The translations under genes were made by a program, and so were the position numbers. From an uncultured Verrucomicrobiae bacterium (lineage in GTDB: Bacteria; Verrucomicrobiota; Verrucomicrobiia; Limisphaerales; JAFGQR01), in the NCBI GenBank assembly GCA_963788655.1, contig CAWBHS010000038.1, forward strand, positions 64,001-128,000: a DNA stretch of 64,000 nucleotides, in the 5' to 3' direction. Shown piece by piece: positions 9,980 through 19,851 of the stretch (within the stretch, counting starts at the first letter, position 1; each line of letters begins with the position of its first letter). The notes beneath the pieces were generated by a model. That model worked only from the letters and a program-made list of their open reading frames with translations, was not told the origin of the DNA and did not search any database.

Positions 9980-11637
9980 TCAGTTTTTCGAGGACGATCC
10001 GCCGGCCAACCAGTTCTGAATGGCCTGGGTAAAGTTCTCCGGGTTTTCATGCACCAACCGGTTCATCACTTCCGGCGTCACCACGCCGGGGGGAGATTTC
10101 GGCGCCGGTTGCCGCCGGGTGTTCCGTGGCCGTCGCCGTTGCCGCCAGCCGGACGGAGGCCGCCGCCGTTTCCGTTGTCAAACCCACCGGCATACTCATC
10201 GAGGTGCAGGCCCACGGGAATGTTCTCCGCGGGGGTGCGTTTGAGTAATCGCCAGAAAATAAACAACACGCCGAGCGCCAGTCCCAGGTAGATGTAATTC
10301 TGCATTTGGTCCCACCAGAATTGCTTGTTGCCTTGGTTGCCGAATTCCTTGGCCACCTCGGCAAAGGGTTCACTGAACGGCATCTCCTCGAGGGTGATCT
10401 GGTCGCCGGGGGTGCCATTGGCATCGGCTTGAATGCCCAGCGCGTGCTGGACGATGCGTTGGAGTTTCTGCAATTCCTCGGGCGGGCGCGGCACCATTTT
10501 GCGATCCGCGCCGGTGCCTTCAAACCGGGCGGCCACGAAGACGGCGGCGGTCAACCGTTTCACGCCGCCGGCGATCTTCGTCAGACTGCTGGTGGTTTTA
10601 TCGATCTCGTATTGGGTGTCGGTGACCTTCTTCTTGGTCTTGGTGGCGTTGACCGGACTGGCGCTCACATAATTGGTTTCAAAGCCCAGGTTGGCGGCAA
10701 TGCCCGGCGCGCCCCCGCCACTGGCGGCGTTGCTGGAATCGATGGTTTCGTCGGTCGTCGTGGTGGACCGCTCGACCTGGCCGTCGGGATTGAATTTCTC
10801 CTGGGTTTCCGTCGAGGTTTCGGTGTTGATTTCCGCCGACACGCGCACGACCGCCTGGCCCGGGCCCAGCACCGCTTCCAACATGCTCTCCGCTTTGTGC
10901 GAAAAGTATTGTTCCAAGTCACGCCGCGCCTTGAGCTGGCTGGCGGTCAGGCCGAAGAGGGAATTGTCATCACTGTTTTCCGAAAGGACCGTGCCACGGT
11001 TATCGACTACGGTGACCTGGCCGGGCGGCAGGCCCTCGACGGAATTGGCCACCAGAAACCGGATGGAATTGACCGCTGCCGGCGAGATGCTGCCGCCGCG
11101 GGTGCGAACGAAAACCGCGGCGGTCGTCTTCTTTTGGTTGTCCACCAGCAAGCGATTCTCCGGCATGACAATCATCACGCGCGCGGCCTCCACTTCGTCC
11201 AGTTGGGCGATGGTGCGCGCCAGTTCGCCCTGGATGGCGCGGACGTAATTGGCCCGTTGCACGAAATCCGAAATGCCGAAATTGGGTTTGTCGAAAATCT
11301 CGAAACCGACGCCGTCGCCGCGGGGGATGCCGCGGGAGGCCAGTTGCATGCGGGCCTGGTGAATCTGGTCGCTCGGCACATAAATGGCGCTGCCCGCCTG
11401 CCCCAGTTTGTAGGGAATCTTGGCTTCGTCGAGATAGGCCACCACTTTGGCACCCTCGGCATCATCCAAACGGCCATAGAGGAGACCGTAATCGACGCGG
11501 GCGGACCAAAACGCCAGACTGAGCAGGGCGATCAACACCACCCCGGCGGCCAGCACCACGCTGATGCGTTGGTTTAAACCCAGTTGTTTCCAGATTCCCA
11601 GAAGTTGCTGACCGAGTTTTACGACGTTTCGGTTCAT
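9980..11637 (-). CDS. fliF: MS-ring protein FliF (one frameshift near 10100 in the C-terminal tail)
   Basis: VGFEIFDKPNFGISDFVQ, ELARTI, ARVMIVMPE; tail VVTPEVMNRLVHENPENFTQAIQNWL continues in another frame to TGA at 9980. Confidence 0.93.
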
Positions 11638-11676
11638 GCCCTAAATCATGTCTGCCTTCAGCGAATCCATCCTGGG

Positions 11677-12045
11677 TTATACCTGCATGCGCATCACTTC
11701 CTGGTACGCTTCCAATAGTTTGTTCCGCACCTCGACCATGAGTTGGAAGGAAACGCTGGCTTCTTCCATCGCGATCATGGCCTGGTGCAACGAGACATTC
11801 TGGCCGCCGAGCACCCCCGCCACCGCATCGCCCGCGACGGCTTGTTTGGCGTTGACCTCGCCCACCAAGCGTCCCAGCAGCGATCCAAACGAAGGCGCAG
11901 CTTTTTCGGTGGGGGTAAGGCCCGCCGGCGCCAGCGACTCCAATTCCGCCGGCGAAATCACTCCCGGCCCCGACGGGCCGACGGGCGGGCGCAGGGACCG
12001 CAATTCGGGCACCACCGAGGGTTGGATTGCCGATAAGGGGCTCAT
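11677..12045 (-). CDS. fliE: Hook-basal body protein FliE
   Basis: LHQAMIAMEEASVSFQLMVEVRNKLLEAYQEVMRMQV. Confidence 0.96.
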   Translation of the reverse strand: MSPLSAIQPSVVPELRSLRPPVGPSGPGVISPAELESLAPAGLTPTEKAAPSFGSLLGRLVGEVNAKQAVAGDAVAGVLGGQNVSLHQAMIAMEEASVSFQLMVEVRNKLLEAYQEVMRMQV

Positions 12046-12060
12046 TCAGCATGGGGGAGG

Positions 12061-12492
12061 TTATCCGCGTTTCCCGATGGACAGTTCCTGCATGGCCAAC
12101 GCGCGGGCATTCTTGACCACCGCCAGGTTGGCTTCAAACGCCCGCGAGGCGCTGATCATATCGACCATCTCTTCGAACATGTTGATGTTCGGCATCGCCA
12201 CCATCCCCCGGGCGTCGGCATCCGGATGGCCGGGATCGTGAACCAACTTGGGCGGGCGGGGATCTTTGGCAATCTGGCTGACGCGGAGGCTGGGAAAGGA
12301 CGTGCCGGCATCCGGTCCCAGATGCTGTTGGAGCACGGTTTCAAACACGACCTGCTGCCGTTGATACGGTTTGCCATCCAAGCCGCGGGTCGTATTGACG
12401 TTGGCGATGTTCTGGCCGATCACGTCCATGCGGATGCGTTCGGCGGCGAGGGCCGAGGTCGTGCTTTGAATTCCGGGGAGCAGGTCAATCAT
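12061..12492 (-). CDS. flgC: Rod protein FlgC
   Basis: QNIANVNTTR, DPGHPDAD, EMVDMISASRAFEAN. Confidence 0.97.
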   Translation of the reverse strand: MIDLLPGIQSTTSALAAERIRMDVIGQNIANVNTTRGLDGKPYQRQQVVFETVLQQHLGPDAGTSFPSLRVSQIAKDPRPPKLVHDPGHPDADARGMVAMPNINMFEEMVDMISASRAFEANLAVVKNARALAMQELSIGKRG

Positions 12493-12503
12493 AAATCAAA
12501 GCG

Positions 12504-12887
12504 TCAATTGGGTCGGCCGGTGATGGCCATGCGCAGGCGCAGCAGGTTGCCGGAGATCAGTTGGGTTTCGAGCGCGTGCGCCACCATGTTTTTGTTCAGT
12601 TCGCCCATCTCGGCTTCGAGCTCGACCGTGTTGCCGTCGAGCTTGCGGGAGATGGCCTGGTTATCGATGGCCAATTGGGGTTGGATCGACGCAATCTGAC
12701 TGGAGCTTTTGAGGGCCAGTGCCTGGCGCAGTTCATCTTTGAAGGACGGCGCCACGTCCATCCGTTTGTAGTTGGGCGTTTCGACGTTGGCCAAATTGCT
12801 CGCAATGGCCTCGTGGCGGAGCACCGTGGCATCCATCAGCTTTTTGGCCGCCACATAGTTTGGCTGGTTAAAGAGTGCGCTAATCAT
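12504..12887 (-). CDS. flgB: Rod protein FlgB
   Basis: IASNLANVETPNYK, DGNTVELEAEM; ATG at 12887 preferred over the ORF-track start. Confidence 0.95.
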   Translation of the reverse strand: MISALFNQPNYVAAKKLMDATVLRHEAIASNLANVETPNYKRMDVAPSFKDELRQALALKSSSQIASIQPQLAIDNQAISRKLDGNTVELEAEMGELNKNMVAHALETQLISGNLLRLRMAITGRPN

Positions 12888-12907
12888 AAACCTACGTCGG
12901 GTCTTCA

Positions 12908-12923
12908 AGCAGCCGATATGCCA
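12908..12923 (-). promoter_or_regulatory. Sigma54-type -24/-12 promoter of the flagellar operon
   Basis: Minus strand reads TGGCATATCGGCTGCT, i.e. GG-N10-GC, about 20 nt upstream of the flgB ATG. Confidence 0.7.
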
Positions 12924-13068
12924 GTAGGCAGAAAGCAGCAGAACCAAGGCATTTCGCGCCGGGCCACTGAGCGTGGAGGAAAATGTTACCGGTTGAATGC
13001 CAACCTCTAGGCAAGGTTGGGAAAGGAAACGCGTCCTCGGATATGATCGGGCTTCGCCGCCGCGGTGG

Positions 13069-13100
13069 CTGTCCGAAAAATGGACAGTGTCTCAAGACAC
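13069..13100. promoter_or_regulatory. Two adjacent palindromes, candidate enhancer-binding-protein sites
   Basis: CTGTCC-N7-GGACAG and GTGTCT-CA-AGACAC, about 150-180 bp upstream of the sigma54 motif. Confidence 0.45.
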
Positions 13101-13187
13101 GCGACAGATACGGGATGCTGGCGGCTGGATGTCGCGTGTCGAATTCCGATGGGTGATTGAAACCGGTTGCTTCAGCGGTAACAAAAC

Positions 13188-15660
13188 TTACCATCCCACG
13201 AGGAAGCTGAGGTACGTGTGGTTGTTCAAATTGGTGAGCTCGTCCACGTCATCATCCGCGTCCAAATAGACGTTCAAACAAATGCTGGCCTTCCGGCAAG
13301 CCTTGCGGGTAAATCCGGTATTCCAAGTCCGACCAACCCGGCCCTTTGGACGTGATATCCAAGGGCCAGGGACTTCCCCCATCAAGCAACAGAACATCGC
13401 GAAAACCGCCGGTGTCGGCACTTCCATAATTGCCCACGCCCCAATACACCTCAAAGGGCTGACCGGGCTGGACCCAGGTCATGGGCTGGGCGTTCCATTG
13501 CATCCAGATGCTGGTGGTGAAGCCCAGGTCCGGCTTGTTTTGTGGGGGAGGATCGTCGGGCGGCGTTGGCTGCGGACGCGGATCCGGCACCACGATCTCC
13601 ACAATCGGCGAGTCGGCCACGTATTGCTCGTAATTTGAGGTCGGCACATCCCAGTTGGACGCTCGCATCACGAAACGCCAAGTGCCGAGTTGGTTTTCCG
13701 GATGAACCGAAAATCCCTGGACGAAGTCCCCTTCCACCCAACCCCCATTGAGCTGACTCGATCCCCCGGCCGTGGTGTTGTAATTGATACCCGGATCCGT
13801 CGGACTTTGGACGTGCAAATTGTAGTATGCTTCGCAATCGGCGTTGTCCTTCCACTTGTAATGAAAGGTGACGTGTTTGCTGAGGGTCGTTCCGTTCCAC
13901 GTCGGAGCTTCTGTGAGGGTGACTTCCAGATCCGGCGGAGTCATGGAACCGGAAGTCCGGGTCCAAAGCTTCCAATCATCATCCGGTTCCCAGGGATTGG
14001 TCGCCCAGGATATGACCTTTCCCAACGTTTCCCCGTTCTCGTTCCAAGCCCGGATGCGGTAAAGGTACTCTGTGCAGGAGGATAAACCGGTGTCGAGGTA
14101 TTCGATCCAGCCCGCCACATAACCACCGGGAAAGCCGGCGACTTGGGTCCAGTTATTTTCCCAGCTTTCCTTGCGCTCCAGCACGTAGGCATCGGCGTCC
14201 AACGGAAAGTGCCATTTCAGGCCGATCGAGGTCTGGTCCCGGGTGGTGGGCTGGAATTGAATCCAGGGACTGGGCGGACAATCACTGGGATAACAACCCG
14301 TCGTGAGCAATCCCGCCGTGGTGCCACAGAGTTCGGCGGGATCGGAAAGCGTCTCCCCGTAGGTATTCCAGGCCCGCAGGCGATAACAATACTCGGTATC
14401 GGGCTGGAGCCCGGTATCGCTGTACCGGATCCATCCGTTTACATAACCGGTGCCAAAGGTCGCAATGGTGGTCCACCCGTGGTTGGCCGTGTGACGTTCC
14501 AAGACGTAACCGTCGGCATTCACCGGATATTTCCACATTAAATCGAAGGAAGTTTGTCCGGTTTGAAAACCGTCGAACTGCAATCCGTATGCGGGAGAAG
14601 GAGGGAACTTGCCACTGGCCGAATCGACGACACACGCTTCGGTAGAACCGCTGTTGAGGACGACCATATCGCCGTTGTCCCGCACGCCCAGGACCGAGGC
14701 TTGTAACAGATAATAACCCGGTTTGATGGAGTCTCGGATTTCCAGGGGGATTTGCAGTTGCGTGTCTCCCGCGGGTAACAAGGCGTGACCCCTGATGCCT
14801 TCCTTCCTGGCTAGACGAACATTTTGTGGCTGGGCGATTGGCCGCAACAAAGGCGGCGCTTCATAGGCAACCACCTCGACAAAAACATCCTCCTGCACAG
14901 TGCGCCGTTCCACGGAAACCTGGAGCGTATTGATCAGGCTGCCCACGGCGGAACGGCCGGGCATCAGCGGTTGAAAGACGGCAATTTGATTGACCCGAAT
15001 TTCAAAGTCATTGATCAGCACCAAGCAGGCGTCCGTACTCCCGCCGTCTCCGTTGATGACTTTTACATAGAAGCACTTGGGGCCATGTTCTACGGTGCTC
15101 GCCGTAGCGCGGCGCGTGGTAAATATGGCGGAGAGTTCGGACAGCCATTCTGGCTCGATCCGCACCTCGATCAGGCCGGATTGAACCTGCTGCGGCCGGA
15201 GATCCATTTGGAGCGGCTTAACTCCCGGATGGAGCAACCGGACGATGGCATTGTCCTGAAATCCTTGGCCATAAATTCGCAGGAGGGGTGCCTCATCCTC
15301 CAAATCAATCTCGCGGGGCTCCAGCGCATCCACATAAAGACCGGTGGCCAGGCGACCGGGTCGCGGGTTGGGGCGCAATTGGAAGTATTCCTCCGAGTGC
15401 AACACCGGACGGTTCAAGAGCCGGCGTCCGTCCGCGGCCACGAGCGGATCGCCGGCCACCCGTTGCCAACGAACGGGCGGTTTCAGTGAAGAAGTTGAAT
15501 ACAGTCCATAATCGCCGGTCCAGCGCAGGACGGCCGTTGCATCATTTTCCGCAGCGTCCCGGCCAACCCTGACCGACAGTCCGGGTTGCGACCATGCGGA
15601 CGAACAAGGGAACAATCCGATTAGCGATGTTGTGACTACCGTTAAGCACATTGAATTCAT
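13188..15660 (-). CDS. Secreted protein with two fibronectin type III repeats and a C-terminal CARDB-like domain (frameshift ~13275)
   Basis: Signal peptide; two repeats ending Y.DTGL...TEY.YR.RAWN..GETL; NKPDL...GVGNYGSADTG...VYLDADDDVDE..N.NN, with the last part in the 13188..13454 frame. Confidence 0.75.
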
Positions 15661-16047
15661 AATCGTTGACCATGATTTGGATTTCACTGGGGCCCTGGGC
15701 CACGCGGTGGAGGCGCATTCCCGTCTCATTACCTACAGAAGATTTAACGGGGGGACTCTTACACTAAAACATTCACCTCCTGCCACGGTTTGATGAGCCG
15801 CTCCTGGTGCAGCTTGATCCGAGCAGCATGGCCCAGCCACTTGATAATGGCGGTCCATGCGCGGAATTGGCGCGAAGCCCGCTGACTAACCGGCACGGCA
15901 TCGGTGCCCCCCATTGCTCGCGTGAACGAAGGCGTCTGCGCTCCGTGGCTGGCTTCGAATTATCCTTTCCATCAATCCGGCCGGGGACTAGTGTCCCAAC
16001 ACTTTCTAAAACCAATTCGTGAACATCTAAGTTTAACAGGAGCTGCT

Positions 16048-17280
16048 ATGAAAAATGCAAACCGAACAATGGTGGTAATTTCAAGTTGTGTGTTGCTGAT
16101 GAGCGCCGGCGCCGGCCTCGCCCAGGACTGGCCGCAATGGCGCGGCGCCAATCGGAACGCCGCGGCGCCCGATTTCAAGGCCCCGGCAAATTGGCCTCAA
16201 GAGTTGGCGCAACAATGGAAGGTCGAGGTTGGCCAGGGCGATGCCACGCCGGCTCTGGTGGGTAACAAGCTGTATGTATTCGCGCGGCAGGATGGAAAGG
16301 AAGTCACCCTTTGCCTCAATGCTGAAACCGGCCAGCAGTTGTGGAGCGAAGGCTACGACGCCCAGGGCGCCACCGGTCCGGCTGCGCGGCAGCATTCCGG
16401 CCCGCGGAGTTCACCGGCCGTGGCTGAGGGCAAGGTGGTGACCTTCGGTGTGCGCGGCACCCTTTCCTGCCTGGAGGCCGCCACCGGAAAGAAGCTGTGG
16501 CGCAAGGACGATTTTGCGGACAAATGGCCTCGTTTCTTTACCGCGTCGTCACCGATCATTGTGAACGGCTTGTGCATCGCGCAAGTAGGCGCGGGCAATC
16601 AAGGAGGCATCATCGCCTACGATCTGGCCAGCGGTAACCACGAGTGGGAGTGGACCGAAGACGGCCCGGGCTACGCTTCCCCGGTGCTCCTGACCGTGAA
16701 TGGCACCGCGATGGTTGTCACCTTGACGGAGAAGAAGATCGTGGGCTTGGGGGTGGCCGATGGCAAACTCTTGTGGGATGCGGATTTCACTCCCCAAGGC
16801 CGGGCCTACAACGCCGCGACGCCGATTGTCGAGGGGCAAACGATCATTTACACCGGCGCGGGGCGGGGAACCAAAGCGGTGAAGATTGTGAAAGAGGGCG
16901 ATGCCTTCACCGCCAAAGAACTCTGGAGCAACCCGCAGGAATCCGTCCAATTCAACACCCCGGTGCTGCACGATGGTCGGTTGTACGGTCTCTCCCAAAA
17001 CAACGACATTTTTTGCATCGACGCACAAGACGGCAAGTCGGCTTGGACGTACTCCTTGGGCGGCCGAGGCGGATTTGGCTCGATCGTGAGTGCTGGGTCG
17101 GTGTTGATGGCCCTCACCCCCCAAGCCGAGTTGCTCGTCTTTCAGCCCAGTGACAAGGAATACAAAGAACTGGCCAAATACAAAGTGGCTGATTCGGAAA
17201 CGTATGCCTACCCCGTGCCGTCCGGGAACCGGATCTATGTGAAAGACCAGAACTCTGTCATCCTCTGGCAGGTCAAGTAA
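16048..17280 (+). CDS. PQQ-binding-like (BamB-type) beta-propeller protein
   Basis: Signal peptide, QDWPQWRG, SSP repeats, LSCLEAATGKKLW. Confidence 0.9.
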   Translation: MKNANRTMVVISSCVLLMSAGAGLAQDWPQWRGANRNAAAPDFKAPANWPQELAQQWKVEVGQGDATPALVGNKLYVFARQDGKEVTLCLNAETGQQLWSEGYDAQGATGPAARQHSGPRSSPAVAEGKVVTFGVRGTLSCLEAATGKKLWRKDDFADKWPRFFTASSPIIVNGLCIAQVGAGNQGGIIAYDLASGNHEWEWTEDGPGYASPVLLTVNGTAMVVTLTEKKIVGLGVADGKLLWDADFTPQGRAYNAATPIVEGQTIIYTGAGRGTKAVKIVKEGDAFTAKELWSNPQESVQFNTPVLHDGRLYGLSQNNDIFCIDAQDGKSAWTYSLGGRGGFGSIVSAGSVLMALTPQAELLVFQPSDKEYKELAKYKVADSETYAYPVPSGNRIYVKDQNSVILWQVK

Positions 17281-17477
17281 ACCCGCCGCTTCAAGGCGGC
17301 TCTCCGTGAGTAATTGAACGGCGTCTTGTTTGTCTCGGGTCGTTTCTGACAAACGGGGCGTGTTTGTGCGAGTGGAAGGACGCTAATTGCGGTAATCGGT
17401 CAGACAATAGCCATTGACTTTGGTCGCTGATTTCCGGCAAGGAATGCGCGCAAATACTGATCACCTGATCCGCAACC

Positions 17478-18134
17478 ATGAACACGCAACGCCTTTCATT
17501 CATTCTGCTGAACACCGTTTTCTTATCCGCCACGCTTTTGCTGGCGGCCGATCCCGGGCTTAAACCGGTTTCGCTGCCAACGCCCCATCAAACTGGAGGC
17601 AAGCCGTTGATGCAGTCCTTGCAGGAACGCCAATCCCTCCGCGAGTTCAGCACCAACGCCTTGCCACCGCAAGTGCTGTCGGATTTGCTCTGGGCCGGAT
17701 TTGGCATCAATCGGCCGGCGATCGACCATCGCACCGCGCCCTCGGCGATGAATTCGCAGGAGGTTGATTTGTACGTGGCCACGGCCGACGGCGTTTATGT
17801 TTACGACGCCAAAGCCCACCGGTTGATGCCCGTCGTGTCCGGTGATTTTCGTTCTCAGACGGGCGGGCAGGCTTTTGTGAAAGACGCGCCAGTGACAATA
17901 CTTTTTGTGGCCGACCTGACGCGGTTGGCCAAAGCTCGTCCGGAAGACAAGGCCGCCTACGCTGCCATCGACACCGGTTGTATTGTCCAGAACGTTTACC
18001 TCTTCTGCGCCTCGGAAGGTCTGGCGACGGTGGTGCATGAACTCAACCGCGGCCCTTTGCCCAAAACGTTGAAGTTGCGGCCCGATCAGAAAATCATCAT
18101 CGCCCAATCGGTGGGCTATCCCAAACCAGATTGA
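17478..18134 (+). CDS. Exported nitroreductase / SagB-ThcOx-family flavoprotein
   Basis: RQSLREF, LLWAGFG, RTAPSAMN, DTGCIVQNVYLFCASEGL. Confidence 0.88.
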   Translation: MNTQRLSFILLNTVFLSATLLLAADPGLKPVSLPTPHQTGGKPLMQSLQERQSLREFSTNALPPQVLSDLLWAGFGINRPAIDHRTAPSAMNSQEVDLYVATADGVYVYDAKAHRLMPVVSGDFRSQTGGQAFVKDAPVTILFVADLTRLAKARPEDKAAYAAIDTGCIVQNVYLFCASEGLATVVHELNRGPLPKTLKLRPDQKIIIAQSVGYPKPD

Positions 18135-18154
18135 GCCGCAACGATTCACTTGGG

Positions 18155-18204
18155 ACGGGGAGCGCGCCCGCCCCGGGCGCCGTGGTTGGCGCCTCGCCAA
18201 CCAC
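18155..18204 (+). repeat. REP-like palindromic element, 47/50 identical to the reverse complement of 32278..32327
   Basis: acggggagcgcgcccgccccgggcgccgtggttggcgcctcgccaaccac, aligned by eye. Confidence 0.85.
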
Positions 18205-18357
18205 TTGCGAATTACCGAGGGGCTCACGATTCATTGACTTCGCAGTCTCCGGGCCAACCAGCGAGAGCACTGGTTTGAAATTGATCCGAACGGGGGAACG
18301 TTAGCCGCGGTCCGACTCAGAGAATCCGAAGGTTGAAAAGCGGTTGTGCCATCCCCA

Positions 18358-19821
18358 TTACGCGGCCAGCGGACGCGCGTGAGTGGACGGTTGTTCCGCG
18401 GTTGCGTTGCCCTCGTCGGCTGCTTCGCGGGTACGGTGATGGTGCCGGCGAATTACCAGCCAGGCTGGCGCCCCCCAAAGCATTCCGATTAGGACCGCAA
18501 CGTAAAGTTGGATGGAGGCCACTTGCAGCGGAAAATCCACCAGCGCGTGCAACAGAACCCCCGCGATTGCAGTCACCATGCCGAAGTGCAACGCGCGTTT
18601 CCGCAAGCTCAAGTCCTCGCGCAGCTTGTGGAACTGTCGCCATGAGGTGATGACTCCGCCCAGCAACACCACCGCCCACGCCAGGCCGCCGAGATAGCCC
18701 CATTCAATCAGCGTTTGCAGGTAATCTTCGTGCGCGTAAAACCAGACGCCGGCCAGCGTGTCGCCCAGGTAATTCGTGTAATAGGGGAACATCGTGGAAA
18801 AGGTCCCGGGACCGAAGCCCCACCAACCGGCTTCCGGCAACATGCGCCAACAGACGCCGGCCGCGAGCCAGCGCGGATTGTCGGCGGTGATCAGCTCCGT
18901 AAAATGGCTCCAACGCCGCAGGCTGTTTTCGAGACCGGCGAAGAAGGCGACCCCCATGGTTAGCAAGACCAACAAGCCCAGCGTCACCACCGCCGCGCCT
19001 GGACTGATGCCTTCGATCCGTTCCCGCCACACTTGTTTTACCAGCCACACCGACCAGACTCCGAGCAAGGCCACCGCCAGCATGGCGGAGGCGCGCGAGG
19101 TGTTCACAAACAAGCCGGCCAAACACAAGATGCCGGCGGCGCCCCAGAGATATTTCCGTCGTGTCTGGCCCACCGTTTCAAACGTCCCCACCAGCAGGCC
19201 GGCGATCAATGGCCAGATCAGATTGAGGTACGCGCCGGCGTTCGCATGATAACGGTAGGTGGCAAAAAACGTTTTCCCTAAATTGGCCTTCAACCAGAAG
19301 ATGGACGATGCGTCCGTGAACCGTTGGGCCAGTCCCAGGATTACCAACGAGACGCCCGTGCCGGCCATGGTCCACAGCAGGCGCCGGCGCCATTCGGACC
19401 GGCGCACCAGGTCGCACGTGAAGCAGAGGATTCCCAGCAGCAATCCCGCCTGGATGACGGCGGGAAGGGAAAACGCTTGGTGGTAGGAACCCGGCGCCGC
19501 ATCGACAAGCGGTGCCAGACCGAAGCGTTGGGCGTAATCGAATCCCAAAACCGTTTGGGGCGCCGGCGCATAATCGAACTTGGCGTTGAGAATCATCCAA
19601 GCCCCCTGGGCCAGCAGCCAGACCGCAGTTCCCACCAGCAGCCGGGGCACGGCGGGCCACGAGCGCCGCAGGAGACAAGTCACGAGCCAGGCGGCGAGGA
19701 TGACCGCCAGCAACAGGTTCAGAACTTCAACCGCCCACGGACGCGTTGAGCCATAGGCCCACGGAGCAAACACCAGGGCCAACAACAGCAGCCATCGAGG
19801 AACACTGTTCACGCAAGTCAT
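18358..19821 (-). CDS. O-antigen ligase/Wzy_C-family membrane protein
   Basis: Multi-TM; YANAGAYL-like YHANAGAYL, TSRAS, GFGPGTF, YAHEDYLQTLIEWG, LHALVDFPLQ. Confidence 0.88.
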   Translation of the reverse strand: MTCVNSVPRWLLLLALVFAPWAYGSTRPWAVEVLNLLLAVILAAWLVTCLLRRSWPAVPRLLVGTAVWLLAQGAWMILNAKFDYAPAPQTVLGFDYAQRFGLAPLVDAAPGSYHQAFSLPAVIQAGLLLGILCFTCDLVRRSEWRRRLLWTMAGTGVSLVILGLAQRFTDASSIFWLKANLGKTFFATYRYHANAGAYLNLIWPLIAGLLVGTFETVGQTRRKYLWGAAGILCLAGLFVNTSRASAMLAVALLGVWSVWLVKQVWRERIEGISPGAAVVTLGLLVLLTMGVAFFAGLENSLRRWSHFTELITADNPRWLAAGVCWRMLPEAGWWGFGPGTFSTMFPYYTNYLGDTLAGVWFYAHEDYLQTLIEWGYLGGLAWAVVLLGGVITSWRQFHKLREDLSLRKRALHFGMVTAIAGVLLHALVDFPLQVASIQLYVAVLIGMLWGAPAWLVIRRHHHRTREAADEGNATAEQPSTHARPLAA

Positions 19822-19851
19822 CCATGACGCGGCAGGCCACCGGAACGGCGA

